Assembly (NCBI GenBank): GCA_965214705.1
Contig: CBDCCI010000002.1
Location: 2,112,001 to 2,176,000 of the forward strand
Source of the DNA: Alphaproteobacteria bacterium
GTDB lineage: Bacteria > Pseudomonadota > Alphaproteobacteria > UBA828
DNA: 64,000 nt
Direction of reading: 5' to 3'
This document shows positions 1-7,804 of this stretch, one piece after another. The translations under genes and the position numbers were made by a program. Position 1 is the first letter of the stretch; every line of letters starts with the position of its first letter. The notes beneath the pieces were generated by a model. The model had not been told where the DNA came from and made no database searches. It worked only from the letters and a program-made list of their open reading frames with translations.

Positions 1-113
1 GCCCGGCCCGATCGCCCTGCGGGCGCCATCGACATCCGTGTTCCCAGGCGCGCCGATCCTCTCCCGGCTCAGCCTCATCGATCCATCGATCGACTCGAGG
101 AGGCAGGGCCCCA

Positions 114-530
114 ATGAAGAGGATCGACACCATGAGCATCAGGGACATCCTTCGGCACCATCACGACCTGGGCTTGCCCCGGGCGGAGATCGCGGTGGCC
201 GTGAGCGTGAGCGCGGGGACAGTATCGAACGTCCTGGAGCGCGCGCAGGCGGCGGGTCTGTCATGGCCATTGCCGTCCGACCTCGACGATGACGGGCTGC
301 GCGCGCGCCTGTATCCGCCGGCGCCGCGCGAGAGCGGGTATGCACAGCCGGACTGGGATGATGTGCTCCGTGAGCTTCGAGCCAAGCGCAAGCGGCGCCG
401 GGTCCGTGTGACGCGCCGCAAGCTCTGGGAGGAGTATCGCGACGAGGCCCAGGCCCAGGGCGGGAAGGCGTACAGCTACAGATCCTATAAGGCGACTCGG
501 AGACCGGCGCTACGGTGCCGTCCTCTCTAG
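114..530 (+). pseudogene. istA: IS21-family transposase IstA, N-terminal fragment (truncated near 483)
   Basis: N-terminal HTH and the IstA-typical strings AAGLSWPLP...LRARLYP...PDW...LWEEYR...YSY. Similarity ends after about 123 aa, before the DDE core. Confidence 0.75.
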
Positions 531-536
531 CTTTCA

Positions 537-806
537 TCAGGAGATAGGAATGTCCTCCACAAATGTGCAATCATCAGGCAGGTGGGTGGGGCGGTCAGCG
601 CGCGTGCGTGCCTTCTCCCCGGTTCCCTTCCGGTTAGAATTGGTTCCTTCCGGTTCGGTGGACTCTGTGTCCGGTATCTTGGACAGAGAGTCCGGAGTCC
701 GGGACACAGTGTCCGGTATCGTTGGCGGAGAAGACGGTGCTTCACCGGGCTCCGTGTCCGGCTTCGGGTGCAAGCTCAGGCGGTAGGCCTTGCCCCGGCC
801 TCGAGC
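537..806 (-). pseudogene. C-terminal part of a phage-type replication initiator split by the IS4 element
   Basis: Removing 807-3154 plus one target duplication joins ...GLIARRARG to RGKAYRLSLHPKPDTEPG... in frame. Contains PDT/S repeats and RPTHLPDD; probably truncated near 567. Confidence 0.75.
660..767. repeat. Iteron-like 21-bp tandem repeats inside the initiator gene (probable replication origin)
   Basis: GGACTCTGTGTCCGGTATCTT (660), GGACAGAGAGTCCGGAGTCCG (681), GGACACAGTGTCCGGTATCGT (702), and a degenerate copy at 747. The first three contain GGAC-N5-GTCC. Confidence 0.65.
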
Positions 807-3154
807 CTCTCAACTACCCACTGTTGAGTCAGTTCCATGTTTGATCATGTCCAGGTCCTTCAAGGCACGGTAGGTGAGGGTGGCGTGTCGCAGGTAGACG
901 TAGCCCTTCCAGAGCAGTTGGGTTCCCGGCAGGGGCTGCCGTTTTCGTGGATCGAAGCCGGCGAACCTGGCGACATCGATGACGAAGGTGCGGATGTCCG
1001 GGGGCTTGTCGGGCGGCGGACGGGCGCGAACCATGCCGTAGGCCATCAGCCTGATGTAGAGGATGGCGATTTCGTCGTCCGAGACGACGTGGTTGGCCGG
1101 GGTGTCCGGCTTGTCGCGCGCGATGCGTTCGAGATCGAAGACGTGGCAGGCGGTGATGGCATCGAAGGCGACACACTTTCGCAGGTCGTCGGCGTGGTCG
1201 AGCTTTCGGTCCTCGACGCGGGTGCCGGTCTTCAGAACCTTGAAGTACTCCTCGATGGTCCATCGGCGCTCGTACCAGGTGACGACGGTCTGGGCGGTCT
1301 CGGCGTCGGCGCTGCCCTCGGTGCTCAGCAGCAGCCAGTTGAGCGGGTCCTTGCCGGCGGGCGGGTCGGGTTCGGTCGCGGACACGACGAGCATGTCGAC
1401 CGGCTCCCGGCTCTCGGCGTCGCGCGGTGGCGCCAGACTGACCCTGGCGGCGCGCAGCTCCAGCGTTGCCGTGCGCCTGGACCGCGCCCGCTTGCCGCCG
1501 CAGGCGCCGATCTCCACGGTCTTGCCGGCAAGGCGCGGGAGAGCGGCGACATGCTCCCACACGCTCTCCTCCTCGCCGCTCTCAAGGATCACCCGCCGCT
1601 GTGCCGACCGGCGCGCGCGCACCAGCAGCGCCGCGCCTTGCGATGCGGCCCTGGTGAGCAACGCCCAGATGTCGCCCTCCCGGTCGCAGACCGTGACCAC
1701 CCGCGTCGCAGGGCAGGCGCGGGCCAACTCCTGCGCCCGCTCGTGCCCGCGCAGCCAGCGTTCACTCTCGATTTCCCTGTCGTCGCCGTCGCGGAAGCTC
1801 GCATCAAGGGCGAACACGCCGAGCGGCCGCCCGGCCGCGTTGAGCGCCAGACCCACATGCGCCACCAGTCCGCACGTGCCCTTGCCGCCGCCGCCCACCC
1901 CGACGAGGCCTTCGGTCGCTTTGAGCCCGTCGTAGTTCAGCGTGGTGGTGTCCTGGATCGCGAGAACGATGTCCTCAAGCTGGCAGCGCTCCACCATCGT
2001 TGCCCGGTGCGGCTCCAGGATGTGCTCCATGCTCACCTTCCCGCTCGACAGCAGCCGGTAGGCCGCCTTGCGCTCCGGCCGGGCCGGAAAGATCGCCGGG
2101 ATCGCGGCCCCCGGGCGCTCCAGCCACGCCCGTCCCATGCGCTCGATCCGATCGCGGACCCGGCCGTCAGGATGCGTGCTGCGCGCATATTCCCGCCCCG
2201 CCCAGTCCGTGTCCTCGTCCATGTGCAACGCCGGCGCCGCACGGATGTCCCGGGCCGGCTCGGCGCACAAGATGGCCTGCCAATCCGCCGCCAGCGGCTT
2301 CATCCACACCGTCCGCGCCGCCCCGGCGGCGGACCCCGGCGGCTGGCCCGAGGTGTGCTGGGAACAGCACCGCCAGCCCGCCGCCCGGTAGCAGGTGCCG
2401 GCATGCTCGGGGCCGACATAGCTGTAGGCCAGGACCGGCCGCGCCCTGTAGGCCGTCTCCCAGTCCGCCGCCACGCGCCCGGCCGCCAGCTCCAGCACCC
2501 GCGAGGCCAGACCGTGGACGCGCACGCCGGGCAGAAGCAGGAAGCGATGGTTGTTGATCAGGAGCGGCAGGTTCAAAGCCCGCGCGTCCGCCGACCAGCC
2601 GATAAAGTCGTCGCGCGCCTTCTGGTGCCAGCTCGCGGCGCAAAACCCGATGCCGCCGAGGCGGCCGTGAAGCGAGGAACGCACCCAGTAGCGCAGCTGC
2701 CCGCCCGGAGCCCGCGCCCAGCCTTGCGGGTGGTGCGTCGCAATCATCGCTTGCCACAGTTGCCGCTCGGCATCGCCGTCGACCGGCTCCAGTGTCACCG
2801 AGCCCAGATCCGCAAGCCGGCAGCGAAGCGAAAGGTCGGGGTAGGCTTCGATGGGCGCACTCTCGCGACGCCCCCGGCCGAACGCCGCCCGCGCCGCCGG
2901 CAGCGCGAGCCCGAGCTTGTCCGCCAGAACCGGCAGAGCCTTGCGCGCGGACGCAAGACAGTGCTCGCCCCGATCGCCGGTCCAGTCCTCAAGCGCGCAG
3001 AGATCGCGGGCAAGAGAACTGCGAGTGCGGCCCTCCTCCAGGACCGCCTTGCTCAACCACTCGATCGTGTCGGCGTGAAACTGGTGAAGGCCAACTTGCA
3101 TGGCACGACATGTAGCCCACACCACTCATTGAGTCAACTGTGGACCGGTGTGAG
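807..3154 (-). mobile_element. IS4-family (IS50/Tn5-like) insertion sequence, 2348 bp
   Basis: Imperfect 25-bp terminal IRs (CTCTCAACTACCCACTGTTGAGTCA / CTCACACCGGTCCACAGTTGACTCA). 9-bp target duplication GCCTCGAGC at 798-806 and 3155-3163. Confidence 0.92.
810..3125 (-). CDS. IS4-family transposase with N-terminal DUF4338 (DruA/Mom-like) domain
   Basis: C-terminal DDE motifs QDTT, VCDREGD, YERRWTIEEYFKVLK. N-terminal HHPQG...GQLRY...ARDDFIGW...NNHRFLLLP...LASRVL...GTCYRAAGW is typical of DUF4338. Confidence 0.88.
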   Translation of the reverse strand: MVWATCRAMQVGLHQFHADTIEWLSKAVLEEGRTRSSLARDLCALEDWTGDRGEHCLASARKALPVLADKLGLALPAARAAFGRGRRESAPIEAYPDLSLRCRLADLGSVTLEPVDGDAERQLWQAMIATHHPQGWARAPGGQLRYWVRSSLHGRLGGIGFCAASWHQKARDDFIGWSADARALNLPLLINNHRFLLLPGVRVHGLASRVLELAAGRVAADWETAYRARPVLAYSYVGPEHAGTCYRAAGWRCCSQHTSGQPPGSAAGAARTVWMKPLAADWQAILCAEPARDIRAAPALHMDEDTDWAGREYARSTHPDGRVRDRIERMGRAWLERPGAAIPAIFPARPERKAAYRLLSSGKVSMEHILEPHRATMVERCQLEDIVLAIQDTTTLNYDGLKATEGLVGVGGGGKGTCGLVAHVGLALNAAGRPLGVFALDASFRDGDDREIESERWLRGHERAQELARACPATRVVTVCDREGDIWALLTRAASQGAALLVRARRSAQRRVILESGEEESVWEHVAALPRLAGKTVEIGACGGKRARSRRTATLELRAARVSLAPPRDAESREPVDMLVVSATEPDPPAGKDPLNWLLLSTEGSADAETAQTVVTWYERRWTIEEYFKVLKTGTRVEDRKLDHADDLRKCVAFDAITACHVFDLERIARDKPDTPANHVVSDDEIAILYIRLMAYGMVRARPPPDKPPDIRTFVIDVARFAGFDPRKRQPLPGTQLLWKGYVYLRHATLTYRALKDLDMIKHGTDSTVGS

Positions 3155-3379
3155 GCCTCGAGCCCGACGGGCGATCAGTCCGGCCGCCTCGAGCGCTTCC
3201 AGGTGCCGGCGCACCGATCGCTCGTTCATCTCGGTCTCGGCCGCGATGGTCTCAATCGCGGGAAACGGATCGGTGCCGGTCTCGTCGTTGTGATGGTCGG
3301 CGAGCGACAGAAGCACGAGCTTCGCCATGGGCGAGCCAACGCGCTGCCTGAACGCCCAGGTCATCGCGCGAACGCTCAC
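3155..3379 (-). pseudogene. N-terminal winged-HTH part of the phage-type replication initiator (IS-interrupted)
   Basis: MSVRAMTWAF...AKLVLLSLADHHN...FPAIETIAAETEMNERSVRRHLEALEAAGLI is typical of HTH_36-type phage initiators. Confidence 0.8.
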
Positions 3380-3384
3380 GGAAC
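3370..3384. promoter_or_regulatory. Possible alphaproteobacterial LexA (SOS) box
   Basis: GAAC-GCTCACG-GAAC matches GAAC-N7-GAAC exactly and overlaps the initiator GTG start. Short motif, could be chance. Confidence 0.35.
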
Positions 3385-3466
3385 GAATCCGGCTTGTTTC
3401 CGCACGCGCGTGCGGTTATCCGGGGTTCCGGAGAAGGGCGGGAGGCGGCCAAGTGATTGAAATAAA

Positions 3467-3511
3467 TGGTCGGAGTGAGTGGATTTGAACCACCGACCCC
3501 CGCCTCCCGAA
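3467..3511 (-). repeat. att site: 45-bp duplication of the 3' part of tRNA-Pro
   Basis: TGGTCGGAGTGAGTGGATTTGAACCACCGACCCCCGCCTCCCGAA is identical to 15594-15638 and lies next to the integrase. Confidence 0.95.
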
Positions 3512-3593
3512 CACCTATCCATACCGTTTGTTCTCGCTATAGTCGCCGCTTTTGCGCCGTTTCGTTCTCATTCGCGCCCGTTCACGAGGCAGG

Positions 3594-3616
3594 TTTCTGC
3601 CCCATGGGGCAGTTAT
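3594..3616. repeat. 23-bp repeat with 16-bp perfect palindrome (copy 1), probable recombination-protein binding site
   Basis: TTTCTGCCCCATGGGGCAGTTAT, identical at 15524-15546. Confidence 0.75.
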
Positions 3617-4653
3617 GACGCCCTTCCCGGGCGCCGGCCCATCGCCTCGACGGCGCTCTCCATATGCGCCGGGTGATGGTGCCCGTAGGTCGACTCGAGC
3701 ATGTCCACAGTCAGGCCGAAGAAGCCCGCCGCGTGCCAGCGATCGGCGCCGTTCTGCATCGCCCACGTGATCGCGGTGTGCCGTAGATCGTGCTTGGTCG
3801 CATGAGCGATGCCCGACTCGTTGAGCGCCGTTCGCCATGCTGTCTTGAGGCTCGCGACGCGCGCCCCCTTCACTTCCACGACGTGACGGGCGCCGAGTCG
3901 TTCCCACCGCTGCAGGTGCGCGAGGAGTCGGCGCGGCACTGGCACGGGCGGGGTCCGTTTCGTGGTCTCGACTTCGCCAGCCGCGCGGCGGTAGAGAACG
4001 CCCTTGTCAGTGTCCACCCATCCGCCGGACGTGTTCGGCATGTACTGGAGTCGCAAGATCGATTCCGTTCTCGTGCCGGTGTAGAGGGCTACAAGGATGA
4101 ACCGGGCAAGGTGCCGAGCCTTGGGGTTGCGGTAGGCAGCCCGGATCAACTTTGCCGCTTCCCCCCGGCTTAGCCAGCGATCACGGGGTGCTGGCTTGGC
4201 CGGGAGACGGACGCGGGGCGCCGACGTGATGTAGCCCTCCGCGTGGCAGTGATTGATCGCCGCCGCTAGGGTGCCTAGCTCTTTTCGGATCGTGCCGGGC
4301 GCCCGGTTGCGAGCCTTGCCGTATCGCCGGCAGACCTCGCCAGTGATCGTCGATAGGGGCAGCGGCCCCAAGATCGGCACTAGAGCCCGGATGCAATCGC
4401 CGATCCGGGCGGGGTCTTTGACGTGTGGCGCCCGTTCACGTGCGTAGATGTCGAGCGCTCGAGCGACCGTCACCCGATCCGGTGCACTTGGGCCGGTGGG
4501 CCGGTCTCGTTGTGCGATGTACGCCGCAAGGGCTTGCTCAGCTTCGCTGCGCTCGCCAGTGCCTGTTGACACTCGGTGCTCGCCGTCGCGGATGATGAAG
4601 ACGCTCCGGTCCGCGCGGTATTGGAGGCGCGCTCCTTTGCTTGGTCTCGACAT
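3613..4653 (-). CDS. Tyrosine recombinase / phage integrase
   Basis: Catalytic motifs YTGTR, KHDLRHT, TYGHH; adjacent to the att site. Confidence 0.93.
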   Translation of the reverse strand: MSRPSKGARLQYRADRSVFIIRDGEHRVSTGTGERSEAEQALAAYIAQRDRPTGPSAPDRVTVARALDIYARERAPHVKDPARIGDCIRALVPILGPLPLSTITGEVCRRYGKARNRAPGTIRKELGTLAAAINHCHAEGYITSAPRVRLPAKPAPRDRWLSRGEAAKLIRAAYRNPKARHLARFILVALYTGTRTESILRLQYMPNTSGGWVDTDKGVLYRRAAGEVETTKRTPPVPVPRRLLAHLQRWERLGARHVVEVKGARVASLKTAWRTALNESGIAHATKHDLRHTAITWAMQNGADRWHAAGFFGLTVDMLESTYGHHHPAHMESAVEAMGRRPGRAS

Positions 4654-4808
4654 AGCCTCACAAGCTCCTCTAGGTCGTTCGGGTCGATGCGGATGGCCCG
4701 GCCCATCCTCACCAACAAACCGTGCTCCTCGGCTGCCCTACGAAGGGCAGCGCGCGGCACGCCAAGCAAGGAGGCGGCTTCGGCGATGGTGAGGAGGCGG
4801 CCCGGCAT
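4470..4808 (-). CDS. Excisionase-like HTH protein
   Basis: LLTIAEAASLLGVP...RIDPNDL (HTH_17-like); overlaps the integrase 5' end. Confidence 0.75.
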   Translation of the reverse strand: MPGRLLTIAEAASLLGVPRAALRRAAEEHGLLVRMGRAIRIDPNDLEELVRLCRDQAKERASNTARTGASSSSATASTECQQALASAAKLSKPLRRTSHNETGPPAQVHRIG

Positions 4809-4812
4809 CGAG

Positions 4813-5187
4813 CTACTGCATCAACGGCGCAATCGCTTCGCGATCTACCTTTGGAGGCGTCAACGTGATCGGATCGCGTCCGTCGATCTGGACGATGTAA
4901 CCGCCGTCATCCGTCTGTCTTGCGCCGACCGCATCGACGCCAACCATTCGCAGGGCATCGACGGCGCCCGTCATGACGGCCTTGTCCATCAACGCTTGCA
5001 CTTGGTCGAGCGGCAACAGGCGACCTTCGCAACGTTCGATCATTAGAGCGAGTCCACCCGAGAGAACGTCCTGCACGGACAGCCGCACATTGCCCGGCGT
5101 GGCCCGCTCAAATGCGTCAATGGCTTGGTCGATCAGGTCGCTGCGCGCCCGGCACGTACGAAATTTCGGCGCTTCACGCTTGGGCAT
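4813..5187 (-). CDS. Hypothetical protein (possible ribbon-helix-helix N-terminus)
   Basis: Strong RBS (GGAGG) and AT-rich upstream region; co-oriented with xis and int. Confidence 0.6.
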   Translation of the reverse strand: MPKREAPKFRTCRARSDLIDQAIDAFERATPGNVRLSVQDVLSGGLALMIERCEGRLLPLDQVQALMDKAVMTGAVDALRMVGVDAVGARQTDDGGYIVQIDGRDPITLTPPKVDREAIAPLMQ

Positions 5188-5240
5188 AGAACCCTCCTAA
5201 TAGGATTATACAAGTATGTAGCATTTTTTATCGTATTGTA
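5188..5240 (-). promoter_or_regulatory. AT-rich promoter region with TATAAT -10 and RBS for the hyp-xis-int operon
   Basis: The minus strand reads ...TACTTGTATAATCCTATTAGGAGGGTTCTATG. Confidence 0.55.
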
Positions 5241-5459
5241 TCAACTCCGCTGTTCGGCACGACGAAGGTAGGCGGCACGATTGCGAACAGCCGGCTCTGT
5301 CCGGCCAAGCTCCCGCGCCAGCCATCGCCAATCTGGGTGCGCAAGGTCGAGGCGCGCCCGCACCGCGTCATCTTCTGCCCGCGTCCAGTGCCGCAGGTTC
5401 GGATTGCCCGAGCGGCCGGGTCGCCAGCGTGGCGAGTAAGCGCGTTGCGTCTCTCTCAT
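5241..5459 (-). CDS. Small Myb/SANT-like HTH protein
   Basis: WTRAEDDAVR...W..LARELGRTEPAVRNR pattern; start overlaps the portal stop. Confidence 0.65.
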   Translation of the reverse strand: MRETQRAYSPRWRPGRSGNPNLRHWTRAEDDAVRARLDLAHPDWRWLARELGRTEPAVRNRAAYLRRAEQRS

Positions 5460-6529
5460 GCTTCATCCCCCGCAATCAGCCCCGACGTGGCCAACGCTTC
5501 GTTCACTGCAACGCCCCCGGCCACCAACTTTTGAAACGCCTGCGCACGCCCGGCCAAGTCGAGTGGATACGAGTCGAAGCGCAACTTGATCGGCGTTTCG
5601 AGCTTCGCGGCAAGCTCATACTCAAGCTGCCTCGCGAGCGGCAGCACGGTCCCAAGGTGCCACTGCCGTAGCGCCTCACGTTTGCTCGTGCCGTCCGAGG
5701 CGTCGAACAGCGCCGGGCTGCATCCGCACGCCGCCAGCATTCGGGCGAACGCTTGGTCTGCCAAGTTCACCTGAGCTTCGGGAGCGGCCGGCCCAAGTCG
5801 ACTCGGACGCCAATCGCGGTGCGGCGCCGCAGCCTGCCCGTCTCCCCACGCCGCCGCCGTCGTCTCGACCAGCAGCGCCTTGCCTCGCGCCTTGCCGATA
5901 TCGAGCTTGAGCTTGGCGAGCGGGTCTTCGTCTTCGTCGCCGTCGCCGCCGTCCTGCGGAATGGATACCAGCTGTGCCAGCGGTCCGCCGGCTTCGTCGG
6001 CAAGAGAGCGCTCGACTTCGCTTTGCAGCCGCGCCGTCGTGGATGCCCAACTCGTCGGCGCGAGGCCGTGATACGGCCGTGCCGTCGAAGTTCCCCATGT
6101 GCAGAAAACGACGGATGCCATGGGTAGGCGCCAAGTGAAAGAACCGTCCGGCCCGTAGGCCGTCGCCGTCACTGTCCAAACGTTCGGATAAACCCCGCCC
6201 GACCAATACCACGTGCTGCACGGCACCAGGTCGACGCGGCCCATGTCGCCCATGCGGATCGCGTGGAGCGTTTCGCCGACGCGGACCAAATCACGCCCCA
6301 TCCGGCCCAGGACGGTCGGCGTGATCGATTCCTGCGCCCAGGCTTCCCCGACTACCTCGGCACTCGCAAAGGCTCTGCTGAGCGCCCCCGCGGCCGCCTC
6401 GATGGCAGCGGTGGAGCTTGCATCCGCAATGGTGGCGGACGCCTGCGACGCGGCCAACTGCATGAGTGCGTCGGTGTAGCCGCTTGCAGACTGGCGGGCT
6501 TCGGGCTTCGGCTGCCACGGCCAGCGCAT
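5456..6529 (-). CDS. Phage portal protein
   Basis: 357 aa from MRWPWQPKPEAR. Portal-like features (GLAP, TVLPLARQLEYELAAKL, GRAQAFQKLVAGG); lies in the head module. Confidence 0.8.
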   Translation of the reverse strand: MRWPWQPKPEARQSASGYTDALMQLAASQASATIADASSTAAIEAAAGALSRAFASAEVVGEAWAQESITPTVLGRMGRDLVRVGETLHAIRMGDMGRVDLVPCSTWYWSGGVYPNVWTVTATAYGPDGSFTWRLPMASVVFCTWGTSTARPYHGLAPTSWASTTARLQSEVERSLADEAGGPLAQLVSIPQDGGDGDEDEDPLAKLKLDIGKARGKALLVETTAAAWGDGQAAAPHRDWRPSRLGPAAPEAQVNLADQAFARMLAACGCSPALFDASDGTSKREALRQWHLGTVLPLARQLEYELAAKLETPIKLRFDSYPLDLAGRAQAFQKLVAGGVAVNEALATSGLIAGDEA

Positions 6530-6894
6530 CAACCGATCGCTCCCGCGCGGCGCACCTTCCACGGCGCTAAGAGCGCCTTCGCCCCAGAGTGCCGAAACGC
6601 CATGCCGTGATTGGCAGCGTGCTCGAAGCGAACTTCGCCCACTTGCTCCGCACGCACCCCGCCAAATTCAGACTGCGCTAGGTAGCCTGCGAAGCGGATT
6701 ACGGCTTCATCCTTGATCGCCTGCGGAGCGCCGGGCGCTTCCTTTTCGACGAACGCCCCCGCCATGGCGCCAAGCGAACTGGCGCGCTCATCGTCTTCGG
6801 CCGCGCCCGCCACCGCGGCCTTGAGGCGAGCGATTGCAGCCGACGATGCAACCGGCGTGGTAGGCCACGGGCTTAGCGCCTGCGCTACAGCCAT
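6529..6894 (-). CDS. Head-tail connector/adaptor (HK97 gp6-like)
   Basis: APQAIKDEAVIRFAGYL...GAKALLAPWKVRR pattern; 121 aa; next to the portal. Confidence 0.75.
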   Translation of the reverse strand: MAVAQALSPWPTTPVASSAAIARLKAAVAGAAEDDERASSLGAMAGAFVEKEAPGAPQAIKDEAVIRFAGYLAQSEFGGVRAEQVGEVRFEHAANHGMAFRHSGAKALLAPWKVRRAGAIG

Positions 6895-7364
6895 AGCCGG
6901 CGCTTCCCGCGCTTGCGCTCGCGAACTTCAACTGGCGTGCGGTAGCTCCCGGAGTCGACCAGCGCCGCGCCCAACAGACGCGCCGCGCGGACTTCGCGAA
7001 GCCCGCCCCGCACCCCTTCATGGACGGCCCGGAACTCGACAGATAGACCCGTCATGGTGCCGTTCTTCACCATGGTCGCCGCGTCGCGCCCGCGCTGCGT
7101 ATCGGGAAGCGCCACGTCTATACGAACCTCGCGACCGTCCACGGTCGGCGTAAAGCGCATGATCGGCGCTTGCCGATTGTGCTGTTCGTTCAAGATCACG
7201 CCTTCGTCTGGCCACGACAGGGCGCCGTCCGCGAACACTTCCGCGCGATCCTTCGCACGCTCGCCATAGGTCATCAGAACGCCCCGCAACCGACCGGGCG
7301 ACTGGCGGGTTTCGTCGGCGCGAAGCTCGACTGCGCACCGTAGCTCCCGAGTCTCTCGCGTCAT
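6885..7364 (-). CDS. HK97-family prohead protease (S78)
   Basis: E.FA.GAL, LNEQH (His) and GLSVEF (Ser) motifs. Confidence 0.85.
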   Translation of the reverse strand: MTRETRELRCAVELRADETRQSPGRLRGVLMTYGERAKDRAEVFADGALSWPDEGVILNEQHNRQAPIMRFTPTVDGREVRIDVALPDTQRGRDAATMVKNGTMTGLSVEFRAVHEGVRGGLREVRAARLLGAALVDSGSYRTPVEVRERKRGKRRLWL

Positions 7365-7798
7365 GTGCCGCGCCTCCGATACCAGCGGCCGATTGCCTGC
7401 GCGCAATCATCGGAAAGTTCACCCGTGGCAGGGTCCGCAAGGCGCGCCGACACCACGTCTTCGCCTGGATCAACGATCCGTTCCGTTGCCCCGGCGCCAA
7501 GTCGGCCTAGAAGCTCGCGACGGCGTTCGGGGTCGCCGTCCGAATTCGTGGCGATGACATCAATCTCGCGAGCGGTTGCGCCGGTAATAATCGCGCGCCG
7601 CGCGTACTCTGCGAGTGGTAGCAACCGTTCATCGCGAAGCGGATAGCGCCCGTTCGGCCCGCGCGTGTCGCCAGTCAAAGCCGCGTAGATGCTTTGGAAG
7701 TCCGCGATGACAACTAGGCCAGCGTGTTCCTCGAACAGCTGCCTTGCGAGCGCCGATTTACCAGCGCCGGCCGGCCCCGAAAGCAGGATCGACGCCAT
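7361..7798 (-). CDS. Small P-loop ATPase/kinase-like protein (AAA_33-like)
   Basis: Walker A GPAGAGKS followed by VIADF; ATGA overlap with the protease gene. Confidence 0.75.
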   Translation of the reverse strand: MASILLSGPAGAGKSALARQLFEEHAGLVVIADFQSIYAALTGDTRGPNGRYPLRDERLLPLAEYARRAIITGATAREIDVIATNSDGDPERRRELLGRLGAGATERIVDPGEDVVSARLADPATGELSDDCAQAIGRWYRRRGT

Positions 7799-7804
7799 AG
7801 CCGA

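Noticed and set aside
531-540. CTGATGA on the minus strand, suggesting a hammerhead ribozyme core
   Set aside because: No stem II followed by GAAA and no matching cleavage-site arrangement.
660-767. Short regularly spaced repeats as a possible CRISPR array
   Set aside because: The repeats abut without unique spacers, lie inside a coding region, and no cas genes are present. No CRISPR array was seen anywhere in the window.
837-3293. 818-aa plus-strand ORF and many other long overlapping ORFs (e.g. 27503-29728, 25798-27705, most of 51194-53671)
   Set aside because: Antisense or alternate-frame shadows of well-supported genes in high-GC DNA; low-complexity R/A/G/P-rich translations without motifs.
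3467-3511. Second tRNA-Pro gene
   Set aside because: Only the 3' 45 nt are present; this is the att duplication.
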